This document shows positions 1-7,820 of a DNA stretch of 32,000 nucleotides, in pieces. Below the pieces are notes generated by a model, which was given only the letters and a program-made list of their open reading frames with translations, did not search any database and was not told the DNA's origin. Position numbers and translations under genes: made by a program. Every line of letters begins with the position of its first letter. Positions within the stretch are counted from its first letter, which is position 1. The stretch is taken from NCBI GenBank assembly GCA_016432445.1, contig CP066689.1, forward strand, positions 360,001 to 392,000, in the 5' to 3' direction. The stretch is from Candidatus Saccharimonadota bacterium. GTDB lineage: Bacteria; Patescibacteriota; Microgenomatia; UBA1406; GWC2-37-13.

Positions 1-2
1 AT

Positions 3-188
3 ACACCTATTGGTGCCCTAAGAGTAAGAGAGGAGGCATCAATAAGCGCTTCAGAATCTGCTCGGGTAAACGCCGGAGACAAGTTTGAACTTCTTGATGA
101 GGATGAAGGGTGGTATAAGATAGAGTACGAAAAAGGCAAACAGGGCTGGGTCTACTCACAATATGCGTTAAAGCAAGAATCTCAATAA
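3..188 (+). CDS. C-terminal fragment of an SH3b-domain protein (5' end outside window)
   Basis: Frame 3 is open from the window edge to TAA at 186-188. The translation ...ARVNAGDKFELLDEDEGWYKIEYEKGKQGWVYSQYALKQESQ* shows the bacterial SH3 pattern (GWYKI...GWV..Y). Confidence 0.55.
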   Translation, partial: TPIGALRVREEASISASESARVNAGDKFELLDEDEGWYKIEYEKGKQGWVYSQYALKQESQ

Positions 189-233
189 CGATTTACCATA
201 GATTTGTTTAGTCAGATATGCGATAATATCAGT

Positions 234-548
234 ATGAAACAGGAGAAAAATCTAAAACTTCCTAATTTTTTTCGCTCCTATTTTTGGGATATAGAGTTTA
301 ATAAGCTGAAAACTAAAACACACTCTTCTTTAGTCATAAAACGAGTACTCGATAGAGGGAATCTTCGTGACATACGTTGGTTAGTAAAAACATATGGAAA
401 AGACGCAATCAAAGAAGTGGTTATGAAAACACGAGATTTAGCCCGCCCCACCTGTAATTTTTGGGCAGATGTTTTAGATCTTGATAAAAGTAAAATACCA
501 TGTTTACAAAAACCTTACTTCCCGATACATTTCGGGCTATCCAGTTAA
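234..548 (+). CDS. small protein overlapping the AbiEii-family gene; putative cognate antitoxin/partner
   Basis: The track ORF 204-548 begins at a TTG; the first ATG is at 234 (MKQEKNLKLPNFFRSYFWDIEF...). Its 3' end overlaps the next gene by 49 nt, a typical antitoxin-toxin arrangement. I cannot name a domain with certainty. Confidence 0.5.
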   Translation: MKQEKNLKLPNFFRSYFWDIEFNKLKTKTHSSLVIKRVLDRGNLRDIRWLVKTYGKDAIKEVVMKTRDLARPTCNFWADVLDLDKSKIPCLQKPYFPIHFGLSS

Positions 549-1132
549 TTTCAGGCATTTCCGAGATAAAAAAAGGTTATCTTGCTGGAGGTACTGCTTT
601 AGCGCTTCAGATTGGACATAGAATTTCCGTGGATCTTGATTTCTTCACTCAAGAGGAATTCAATGTAACTGAATTATCTGAGAAATTTTCCTCTTTATCA
701 GAATTCTCACAAGATGGTACCTCAAAATGGACGATATGGGGAAAAGTTGGCCAAACGAAATTTAGTATATTCTACTATAAATATCCATTACTTGAAAAAA
801 CTTTGCCATTTGAAGGGATTCAACTGGCAAGTCTCTCTGATATTGTCGCCATGAAAATCCATGCGATTGAAGATAGAGGGACTAGACGGGATTTTGTAGA
901 TATTTATTTTCTTTTGAAAAAGTATACTTTTGAAGAAATGATTAGTTTTTATCAAAAAAAATATTCTGTTTTAGAAGATCATTTATATTCAATTCTTCGC
1001 GCTCTTGATTATTTTGAGGATGCGGAACAAGAAAGTCAAATGCCAAAAATGATACTTGAGGTCAATTGGGAAGAAGTAAAAGAATGTTTTAGAAAAGAGA
1101 CGTACCGCCTCATTAAAAAAAAGTTAAAATGA
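500..1132 (+). CDS. nucleotidyltransferase, AbiEii/AbiGii toxin family
   Basis: The N-terminal YLAGGTALALQIGHRISVDLDFF matches the GGTAL..R.S.D.D nucleotidyltransferase signature of AbiEii (DUF1814-type) toxins. The 210-aa ORF has an ATG start. Confidence 0.75.
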   Translation: MFTKTLLPDTFRAIQLISGISEIKKGYLAGGTALALQIGHRISVDLDFFTQEEFNVTELSEKFSSLSEFSQDGTSKWTIWGKVGQTKFSIFYYKYPLLEKTLPFEGIQLASLSDIVAMKIHAIEDRGTRRDFVDIYFLLKKYTFEEMISFYQKKYSVLEDHLYSILRALDYFEDAEQESQMPKMILEVNWEEVKECFRKETYRLIKKKLK

Positions 1133-1208
1133 CGATGCTCCCTAATAAGCGACAAAACAAGAGCCTGAATAAAAGAGCGGGCATTATTAGGGGTGTAACC
1201 TATAGTAT

Positions 1209-1237
1209 TTGATTTCTCGCCAGGATTTTAGTATAAT
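1209..1237 (+). promoter_or_regulatory. sigma70-type promoter, leaderless configuration
   Basis: TTGATT (1209-1214), a 17-nt spacer, TATAAT (1232-1237), then 6 nt to the ATG at 1244. No SD is present. Confidence 0.55.
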
Positions 1238-1243
1238 TCATAT

Positions 1244-2029
1244 ATGACTGAAACCCCCAATTTTTACGAACCTGCAACTCCTTTTAAATACCCTCTTCTT
1301 GATACTGATTTTTATGCAGATAGTACAGAGATAAAGCGATTAAAACATTTTCCGCACAAAGTGGTAAGAATAACAGAAGGAACTTATGATAATCGTCCTC
1401 TAGGTTCATTAAAAAATCAACTTAAATCAACTCAATATGAATACATTGAAGGCCGTAAAATTCTTCAAAGATTAAATGATCATTATCATATTCCTGTACC
1501 TGATTTTGATATCGTTATCGGGTCAGGGAATGATCAGCAAGTAACCTATTACACAATAGTCGACAAAATCTCAGGTAAAGATTTAGAATATTGTTCAATT
1601 AAACCTCGGGAAATGAAGCATGTAAAAAAGTTAGTAGATGAATTGTACGGTTCAATTGCCCAATATCTTTGGGATACTTATCAAGAAGGCGGATGGTATT
1701 TAAGTGATCTAGTAAAAGATGATTCCCAACTTGTTTATGGGAAGAAGAAAGGAGAGAAACAAAAGAGAATATATTTTGTAGATATTGAACCACGATTAGA
1801 GTATTTAGATTTACAAGATTCTAGGACTCATACACAAGTACTCATATTGGCTTTTAACTGGCTTTATGAAATGATTAAGTCCAGAGAATATGAATTTGGA
1901 TCAAAATTAAGACACGCGCGACAGACTTTACTCAATTTTGCAAATACTGTTTCTCCTTTTAATGAATATTTTCCAGATGTCCAAATGGTGAAAGAAGAAT
2001 TAGAAAGAGGAAATTTTTTAGAAGAATAA
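1244..2029 (+). CDS. hypothetical protein with weak protein-kinase/aminoglycoside-phosphotransferase-like features
   Basis: This is a 261-aa ORF. SDLVKDDSQLVYG resembles a HxDxxxxN-type catalytic loop, and RIYFVDIEP resembles the metal-binding IDxE/DFG strand. The function is tentative. Confidence 0.6.
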   Translation: MTETPNFYEPATPFKYPLLDTDFYADSTEIKRLKHFPHKVVRITEGTYDNRPLGSLKNQLKSTQYEYIEGRKILQRLNDHYHIPVPDFDIVIGSGNDQQVTYYTIVDKISGKDLEYCSIKPREMKHVKKLVDELYGSIAQYLWDTYQEGGWYLSDLVKDDSQLVYGKKKGEKQKRIYFVDIEPRLEYLDLQDSRTHTQVLILAFNWLYEMIKSREYEFGSKLRHARQTLLNFANTVSPFNEYFPDVQMVKEELERGNFLEE

Positions 2030-2089
2030 TTCTATAAGAGCATAAAACTTAAATAATACTAATTAATTGATTTTGATAAAATTTACTAT

Positions 2090-3922
2090 ATGGGAGAAGG
2101 TACTCCATTACCATCTAAGGTAATAACAAATAATCTTCAAGAAGGATCTAACGGCGCTAATACGTATGATAATAGGAATAATCATTTAGATTCGGCTGTT
2201 CTATCGCAACAAGAGGGGTTAAGTGCACTAAATAGGTTTCTCCAAAGAAAAGCTGGTTTTGATTCCTTAGGGATATTTGTAATAGATTTAAATGGAGAAA
2301 AATACAAAAAAAAATCGGGTAATTGTCAATTCTATTTGGGTAGATTGGAAGAAAGCTCCAAAAATCCGTATTATCTTAGTATAAATCCTGCTTATTATTT
2401 GGGACACATGCCAGAATTGTTATTTGTTGTTCCTCGAATAGCTCATGTTGGAAAAAAACCATACTACTGGGTTGAATTTACAGACGAACTTATCGATGGT
2501 ATCATAAAGCCAGCTTTTACTTCCTGTCGTCTAAGACCTGATCAATCGACATCTAAGATCGACTCTGTTTACTGGAGAGGTTTTGAAGAGCAATTACTCG
2601 TAGATTTTATTCGAGGGGAAAATAACATTACAACTTCAGACTTAAGGCCATTTCGAATTAAATTACATTCTAAGGATCCTTACTCGTTTGGAGGAATTCA
2701 GGATCTGAAACTTTGTCTAACTGCCAATTCCAAGATTAATGGTGGAGACGAACTGCTTATAGTTCCGCGAACCGATTCACAGAATCTTTATTCATGGATA
2801 GACATATATAAACAGACAAAAACAGGAGAAGAACTTATAAAAATTTCAACACATCGAATATCGCAAGAAGAAAAAAAACTTATAAGCATTGGTTGGAAAA
2901 ATCCTGAAACTCAATATTTGGTTGATTATTTATCAGGAGATCCTAAAGTTACTTTCAACAACTTACGTCCATTACGTTTAAAACTTCCTGAACATCTTGG
3001 TCAAACATATGTTGGTTTAGAAGCAAACAACAAAAAAAAATTTTTAATTTCTATCCATAAGTTTGAGGTAGATGAGGTAATTTTAATTCCGAAGCAAGAT
3101 CCTAAAGGGTTGTATCAATGGGTTGAAGCTTATGAATTTGATCCTGAGACAGGAGAGCCTATTGGTGAAGCCATAACTTCTGTAAGAATGACACGAGGTG
3201 TGGGATTTGAAAAACTTGGCTGGCTTGGAGCTGGAATACAAAGTCTAATTGATTATTCCAGTGAGGTAAGAATGTTCAATGACCTTTTGCCAATAACTTT
3301 GAAAGTTGGTGCAAACACTAAAATGCTTGATGTATGGGGTACGAAAAATGAACATGTTTGGTTAACCCTTTCAGTAAAATCTGGTTTAAAAAGTGGTGAT
3401 AGTATTGAACTTATTCCCGACAAGGAATTAGAGGATACTATTGTTTATAAAATGGTACGTGGACAAACAGAATTAGGTTCTTATAGTTTTGATAGAAAAA
3501 CTAAAAAATTTAGCGTTATTGAATTTCATGATTTTCGAAATATTATTCTTCAACCAAGAGATTATTTGCTAGATTATTCGCAAGGTAAAATTGGATTTAC
3601 AGAATTAAAAACGATTCATTTAACAGTAAAAAAAGATCCTGGGATGATTGATATTCTTTCAAAAGGGAAAGTTCGTATTTACATAACGCCTTCTAAATCC
3701 TTTGGTTTAGTTCCAGAGGATGAGGTGGAACTTATTCCACAAGAAGAAAATGAAGGTCAAGCAATATTTGCATTCGTCAAAAATGGAGTAGTATTGGGGC
3801 GATATATATATGAATCTCAAACAATGAAATTTTATCAAGAACCTATAAGGGATGTTCAAGCTTTACCACTTATTTCTCGAGAAGAAGCTTTAAGAGTATT
3901 AGGTATGTTTTTTGATAATTGA
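2090..3922 (+). CDS. 610-aa protein built from a ~108-aa unit repeated about five times; no recognised domain
   Basis: Self-alignment anchors are ELLFVVP(aa109), ELLIVP(221), EVILIP(329), SIELIP(438), EVELIP(545) and LVDF(169), LVDY(277), LIDY(386), LLDY(492). TGaTAAAAT (2074-2082) lies 7 nt before the ATG. Confidence 0.8.
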   Translation: MGEGTPLPSKVITNNLQEGSNGANTYDNRNNHLDSAVLSQQEGLSALNRFLQRKAGFDSLGIFVIDLNGEKYKKKSGNCQFYLGRLEESSKNPYYLSINPAYYLGHMPELLFVVPRIAHVGKKPYYWVEFTDELIDGIIKPAFTSCRLRPDQSTSKIDSVYWRGFEEQLLVDFIRGENNITTSDLRPFRIKLHSKDPYSFGGIQDLKLCLTANSKINGGDELLIVPRTDSQNLYSWIDIYKQTKTGEELIKISTHRISQEEKKLISIGWKNPETQYLVDYLSGDPKVTFNNLRPLRLKLPEHLGQTYVGLEANNKKKFLISIHKFEVDEVILIPKQDPKGLYQWVEAYEFDPETGEPIGEAITSVRMTRGVGFEKLGWLGAGIQSLIDYSSEVRMFNDLLPITLKVGANTKMLDVWGTKNEHVWLTLSVKSGLKSGDSIELIPDKELEDTIVYKMVRGQTELGSYSFDRKTKKFSVIEFHDFRNIILQPRDYLLDYSQGKIGFTELKTIHLTVKKDPGMIDILSKGKVRIYITPSKSFGLVPEDEVELIPQEENEGQAIFAFVKNGVVLGRYIYESQTMKFYQEPIRDVQALPLISREEALRVLGMFFDN

Positions 3923-3951
3923 TATCCATTTGATAAAATTACAGGAATATT

Positions 3952-6900
3952 ATGGGAAAGGAAAATGAAGAAATTATAGCATCAGCTAATCAAAGAGCTG
4001 GATTAAACGAACCGCAAGAATTACCTGTCCTAGGATCAAACGCTAAAGCTTTGATTGAAAAAATCATAACTCTTAATCCAAAAAACCCTGATTATCCTTT
4101 TTCTCAACCTTTTGACAAGCATTATGCAGGAATGGTCTCAGATGATCCTGGAGTTTATGCACGTAAATATACTCTTGCAAGAGCACTTATTGCAGATGGA
4201 AGATATGGGAATATAAGATTTCTCGATACTGCTTTTATTCCTCAAGGAGAAGAAGTTCCTCCTCAAGTACAGGCTTTAAAAGATGATCTTCATGTGAGAG
4301 TAAGGGAAGAACTATTGAAAAGAGGAGATAAAAAAGTAACGGCAGAAGTGGAAGAAGATATGAGAAATTTTACTCAAGAAGTAGATGAGGGTAAAACACT
4401 TGACGCTCAAGAGTTTAGAAAACTTGTGCATCTTTTTGGAGGTTCCCGTGTTGTTGATATTCTCTATCGGACTCGGCCGGAATTTCGAGGAATGCCAGTT
4501 GAAAAAGTGAAAAGCATTATTGCTGATTTTTTGGGTGATTTCTTAGTTAAAAAAGGCGGTTTTAATCCTGACGATATTGAGGTTGGAATAAAATATTTAT
4601 CAGAGGCAACATTTCAGGAAGGATTGTATGAAACAATAAAAGATAATTGCCTTCAATTTTATAACTTCCAAAAAAAAGCAGGTTCGGCAGAATCAGATAG
4701 AGAATTAACTAATGAATATTTTGATATTGCCGATATGGAAATACAAGGTTTTAAGAACCCTCATCTGGATCAGATTTTACAAAGAGCAAGGCAATATTAT
4801 ACGTCACTTTACGAAGACTTGCCTAAACCACCTCAAATTATTGGCGAGCTTAAAGAAGGAAGATCTTTTCCTGACTTGAATCAGCTTATTAATATGAAGG
4901 AAGTGGTAGATAAAAGAAGAGTTGCTATTGCTGATGACATGGGACTTGGTAAAAGTGCTTCAATGATACTGACAAAAGAAATGCTACATCTTAAATGTGC
5001 TTTGGTTGCAGCACCAGCTAATGTTATTTCAACTTGGCAACGTTATTTATCTGATCAAAAAGTAGATGGTAAACAGATGGGATATTTTAAAGAAGGGATG
5101 GCTCCCAAAGTAGTTATTATTGATAATCCTTTAGCTTTACATGAATCTGATTTTTCTCAAGCTGATTATGTTCTGATTTCTCATGAACGATTAAATGATT
5201 CTTATACCCCAGTTTTAGAGCAAGTGCCTTTTGAAATGGTAATTGTTGATGAGGTACATAAACTAAAAAATCTACAAAAAGGAGTAAGAGCAGGTAATTT
5301 AATTAAAATTGCGCAAGCCGCAGAAAGACGTAATGCCTACTTAGGAATTTTATCAGGAACACCAGTCCCAAATAAAATTCAGGACGTCGCTATGATATTA
5401 AAATTGCTATATCCGGAAAGATTTGGTGAAGCTTCTAACAAAGATCTTGTTAAAAAAATCATTAATGGAGATCTTCTAGATTTGAGAAGTTTACTTATAC
5501 CACGAATGCAGATGAAAGGTAAAGAAAGTCTTAATTTGCCTGAACTTACACAAGATGTTATTAAAGTTGATATGTCTCCTGAAGAAAAAGAAGTGTATGA
5601 GGTACTTATGGAAAATGACGAAATGGAAGCAACGGAAAAAATTCAGGTGTTGAGACAGTTTTTAATGAATCCAAAGCTTCTTGATATGACTCCGAATATG
5701 GAAGGCTCAAAAATTAAAGCAGTAGGTCAACATCTTAATAATGTTTTTCAAAATAAAAATAAAGTAGTAATGTTTGTTAATGGTTACGTTCAAGGAATAA
5801 TAAGAGGCGATAAGGAAAAAATAATTTTAGGCAGAATGGGTTTACCTGATGATGTTGAGATAAAAGTAATTCATGGTGAAGATATGGGAAATATCGAACG
5901 TGAAAGAATACAATCTGAATTTAATAACTCTGATAAAAAAATACTACTTGTTGTCAGCGGACAGACTGCTGATGTTGGAATTGATTTATCAGGAGGAGAA
6001 GAAGTTGTTTTCTACAATGAACCTTGGTCACTTTATGATAAACAACAACAGTTGGCAAGAGTGCATAGAGAGGGCGTAAAACATCCTGTTAGAAGTATGA
6101 CATTTATAACTAATGGAACAATTGAAGATGGAATAAGCATATATATCCAAATGAAGCAAAATGCAATAGAAAAACTTCTTAGAGGGATAGAACTATCCAA
6201 GATGGACAAAGAGTTACTTGAAAAAGATGAGAAAGTTGAGGGTTCAAACCTAGAGGTTAATCGAGAACTTGCCGATTATTATTTTTCATCATTAGATAGG
6301 ATGATGAAAATTTTTGGCCACGTTAGAGAATTAGGTGAGGAAGCATTCATAAAATTTTTGGAAAGATATGGTGAGGATTATGCAGAGTGCTATAGCGATT
6401 TGGGTAGCCGAAACTATCAATCAAATGCTTGCCGGATAAACGGAACTATTATTGCTGAGATGATTGAGAAACATGGTCAAGATCTAGTAGGCTTGAGGAT
6501 ACTTGATATTGCGTCAGGACCTGAAATGTTAAGAAAACACATTACAGATAAATATCAAGATAGAATAATAAGCCTTGATATTAATGCTTTGCATTTTAAA
6601 GGTGAAGGAGGAAACAGAATTGTGGGGAGTTTTACTGCTTTGCCGGTTGAGAGTGGTTCTATCGATTATGCTAATCTCTCTTTAGCTTTACATTATTCAA
6701 GGTTTGTACCAAGTAAAGGAGAATATGAAAGATTAAAGGTTTTGGCTGAGATGAATAGAGTTTTAAAGATTGGAGGTAAAACAGTTCTTAATCTCATGTA
6801 TAATGCAGATCTAAAAAGTTTTGAAAAGTTTAAGACAATTGTCGAAGCACTTGGTTTTAAAATTGATGAAGAATATACGGATAATGTTATAGTAGGTACA

Positions 6901-7293
6901 CAATATCAGTCACGAATTATTACATTAGAAAAGATTCAAGATATAGATCCAGATATTAATGTGGTTATTAGTAACATAGATAAAGAAGCTTATGATGGAT
7001 TAAAAATGCCAAAAGGAAGTTGCGGGTTAAAAAATCCCCGCAAGATTGTAAGAGCATTTGTGGTAAATGGAGTAAATCATCCAGTTAAATTCAATGATAG
7101 CGATCAGGCTGTTTTGGAAGAAGAAACAACCATAATGACAGAAGGAGAACAGCTAAGAAATATGTACGGCGGGGTTAAATATATCCCAAGAGATGATATA
7201 ATCCAAAATGGATATGCTCGTGTTCTTATAGCTAATAAATACGTTTTGTTTAAAAAACTTCAGAATAACAATGGGGTTGTTATTATAAGATAA
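3952..7293 (+). CDS. SNF2-family ATPase/helicase fused to a C-terminal class I SAM-dependent methyltransferase domain
   Basis: SNF2 motifs are DDMGLGKS (nt 4933-4956), DEVH (5248-5259), LSGTPVPNK and QLARVHREG (6049-6075). The methyltransferase fold shows ILDIASGPE (6502-6525), IISLDIN, GSIDYANLSLALHY and LKIGGKTVLNL. About 310 aa at the N-terminus and about 150 aa at the C-terminus are unassigned. Confidence 0.85.
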   Translation: MGKENEEIIASANQRAGLNEPQELPVLGSNAKALIEKIITLNPKNPDYPFSQPFDKHYAGMVSDDPGVYARKYTLARALIADGRYGNIRFLDTAFIPQGEEVPPQVQALKDDLHVRVREELLKRGDKKVTAEVEEDMRNFTQEVDEGKTLDAQEFRKLVHLFGGSRVVDILYRTRPEFRGMPVEKVKSIIADFLGDFLVKKGGFNPDDIEVGIKYLSEATFQEGLYETIKDNCLQFYNFQKKAGSAESDRELTNEYFDIADMEIQGFKNPHLDQILQRARQYYTSLYEDLPKPPQIIGELKEGRSFPDLNQLINMKEVVDKRRVAIADDMGLGKSASMILTKEMLHLKCALVAAPANVISTWQRYLSDQKVDGKQMGYFKEGMAPKVVIIDNPLALHESDFSQADYVLISHERLNDSYTPVLEQVPFEMVIVDEVHKLKNLQKGVRAGNLIKIAQAAERRNAYLGILSGTPVPNKIQDVAMILKLLYPERFGEASNKDLVKKIINGDLLDLRSLLIPRMQMKGKESLNLPELTQDVIKVDMSPEEKEVYEVLMENDEMEATEKIQVLRQFLMNPKLLDMTPNMEGSKIKAVGQHLNNVFQNKNKVVMFVNGYVQGIIRGDKEKIILGRMGLPDDVEIKVIHGEDMGNIERERIQSEFNNSDKKILLVVSGQTADVGIDLSGGEEVVFYNEPWSLYDKQQQLARVHREGVKHPVRSMTFITNGTIEDGISIYIQMKQNAIEKLLRGIELSKMDKELLEKDEKVEGSNLEVNRELADYYFSSLDRMMKIFGHVRELGEEAFIKFLERYGEDYAECYSDLGSRNYQSNACRINGTIIAEMIEKHGQDLVGLRILDIASGPEMLRKHITDKYQDRIISLDINALHFKGEGGNRIVGSFTALPVESGSIDYANLSLALHYSRFVPSKGEYERLKVLAEMNRVLKIGGKTVLNLMYNADLKSFEKFKTIVEALGFKIDEEYTDNVIVGTQYQSRIITLEKIQDIDPDINVVISNIDKEAYDGLKMPKGSCGLKNPRKIVRAFVVNGVNHPVKFNDSDQAVLEEETTIMTEGEQLRNMYGGVKYIPRDDIIQNGYARVLIANKYVLFKKLQNNNGVVIIR

Positions 7294-7315
7294 AAGTTAT
7301 AGAATATGTTTCAAT

Positions 7316-7816
7316 ATGGAAAGACCTATAGTTCCAAATGAAGCTCGAACCCATGCTTTCTTTGATCGTTCAGCTGCAGATGTTGCTGAAGATATGGCAG
7401 AAAGAGTATATGAACGGATAGAGGATAAAGTAACATACAGAGAAGGCCGAGCTAAAATTCTTCAAGTTAGTACTACAGAGGGTCAGAAACAATACGTTAT
7501 CGCAGTGGCAGAACCTTATTCTGCAGCGAATCCAAATAGAGTATGGAAGGGTAAAAGACTTGATGAAATAAAAGCAAGTAAACCTGGAGATATAGAAGTA
7601 TATGGTTACAGAGCTGGAATACTTCCTTTTGGAACAGCAAAAGGAGGAGATAATGTGTTGATTCGTGAGTTAAGAGATCTTGAGACAAATGAACAAATAA
7701 AATCTCCTACAGCTGTAGCAAGGGTATTAGGTCTTGTTCATGGAGATAGGGGAAAATTAACTTTCTCCGGAGAAAATCAGTTGAGATTTGAAAGGATAAA
7801 TACTCCTCAAAGATAA
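7316..7816 (+). CDS. divergent 3-methyladenine (alkyladenine, AAG/Mpg-type) DNA glycosylase-like protein
   Basis: FFDRSAADVAEDM resembles the FF.R....VA..LLG N-terminus. VAEPYSAANP resembles the ETEAY acid/aromatic motif. GDIEVYGYRAG...GGDNVLIRELRD resembles G..YVY..YG...G.AVLIRA. SPTAVARVLGL resembles GPg.l..alGi. The protein is shorter than typical family members, so the call is tentative. Confidence 0.45.
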   Translation: MERPIVPNEARTHAFFDRSAADVAEDMAERVYERIEDKVTYREGRAKILQVSTTEGQKQYVIAVAEPYSAANPNRVWKGKRLDEIKASKPGDIEVYGYRAGILPFGTAKGGDNVLIRELRDLETNEQIKSPTAVARVLGLVHGDRGKLTFSGENQLRFERINTPQR

Positions 7817-7820
7817 TAAA

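Noticed and set aside
1140-1192. CCCTAATAA...TTATTAGGG inverted repeat after the AbiEii-type gene, considered as a terminator
   Set aside because: The stem is 9 bp but the loop is about 35 nt, and no T-tract follows. The evidence is not strong enough to annotate it.
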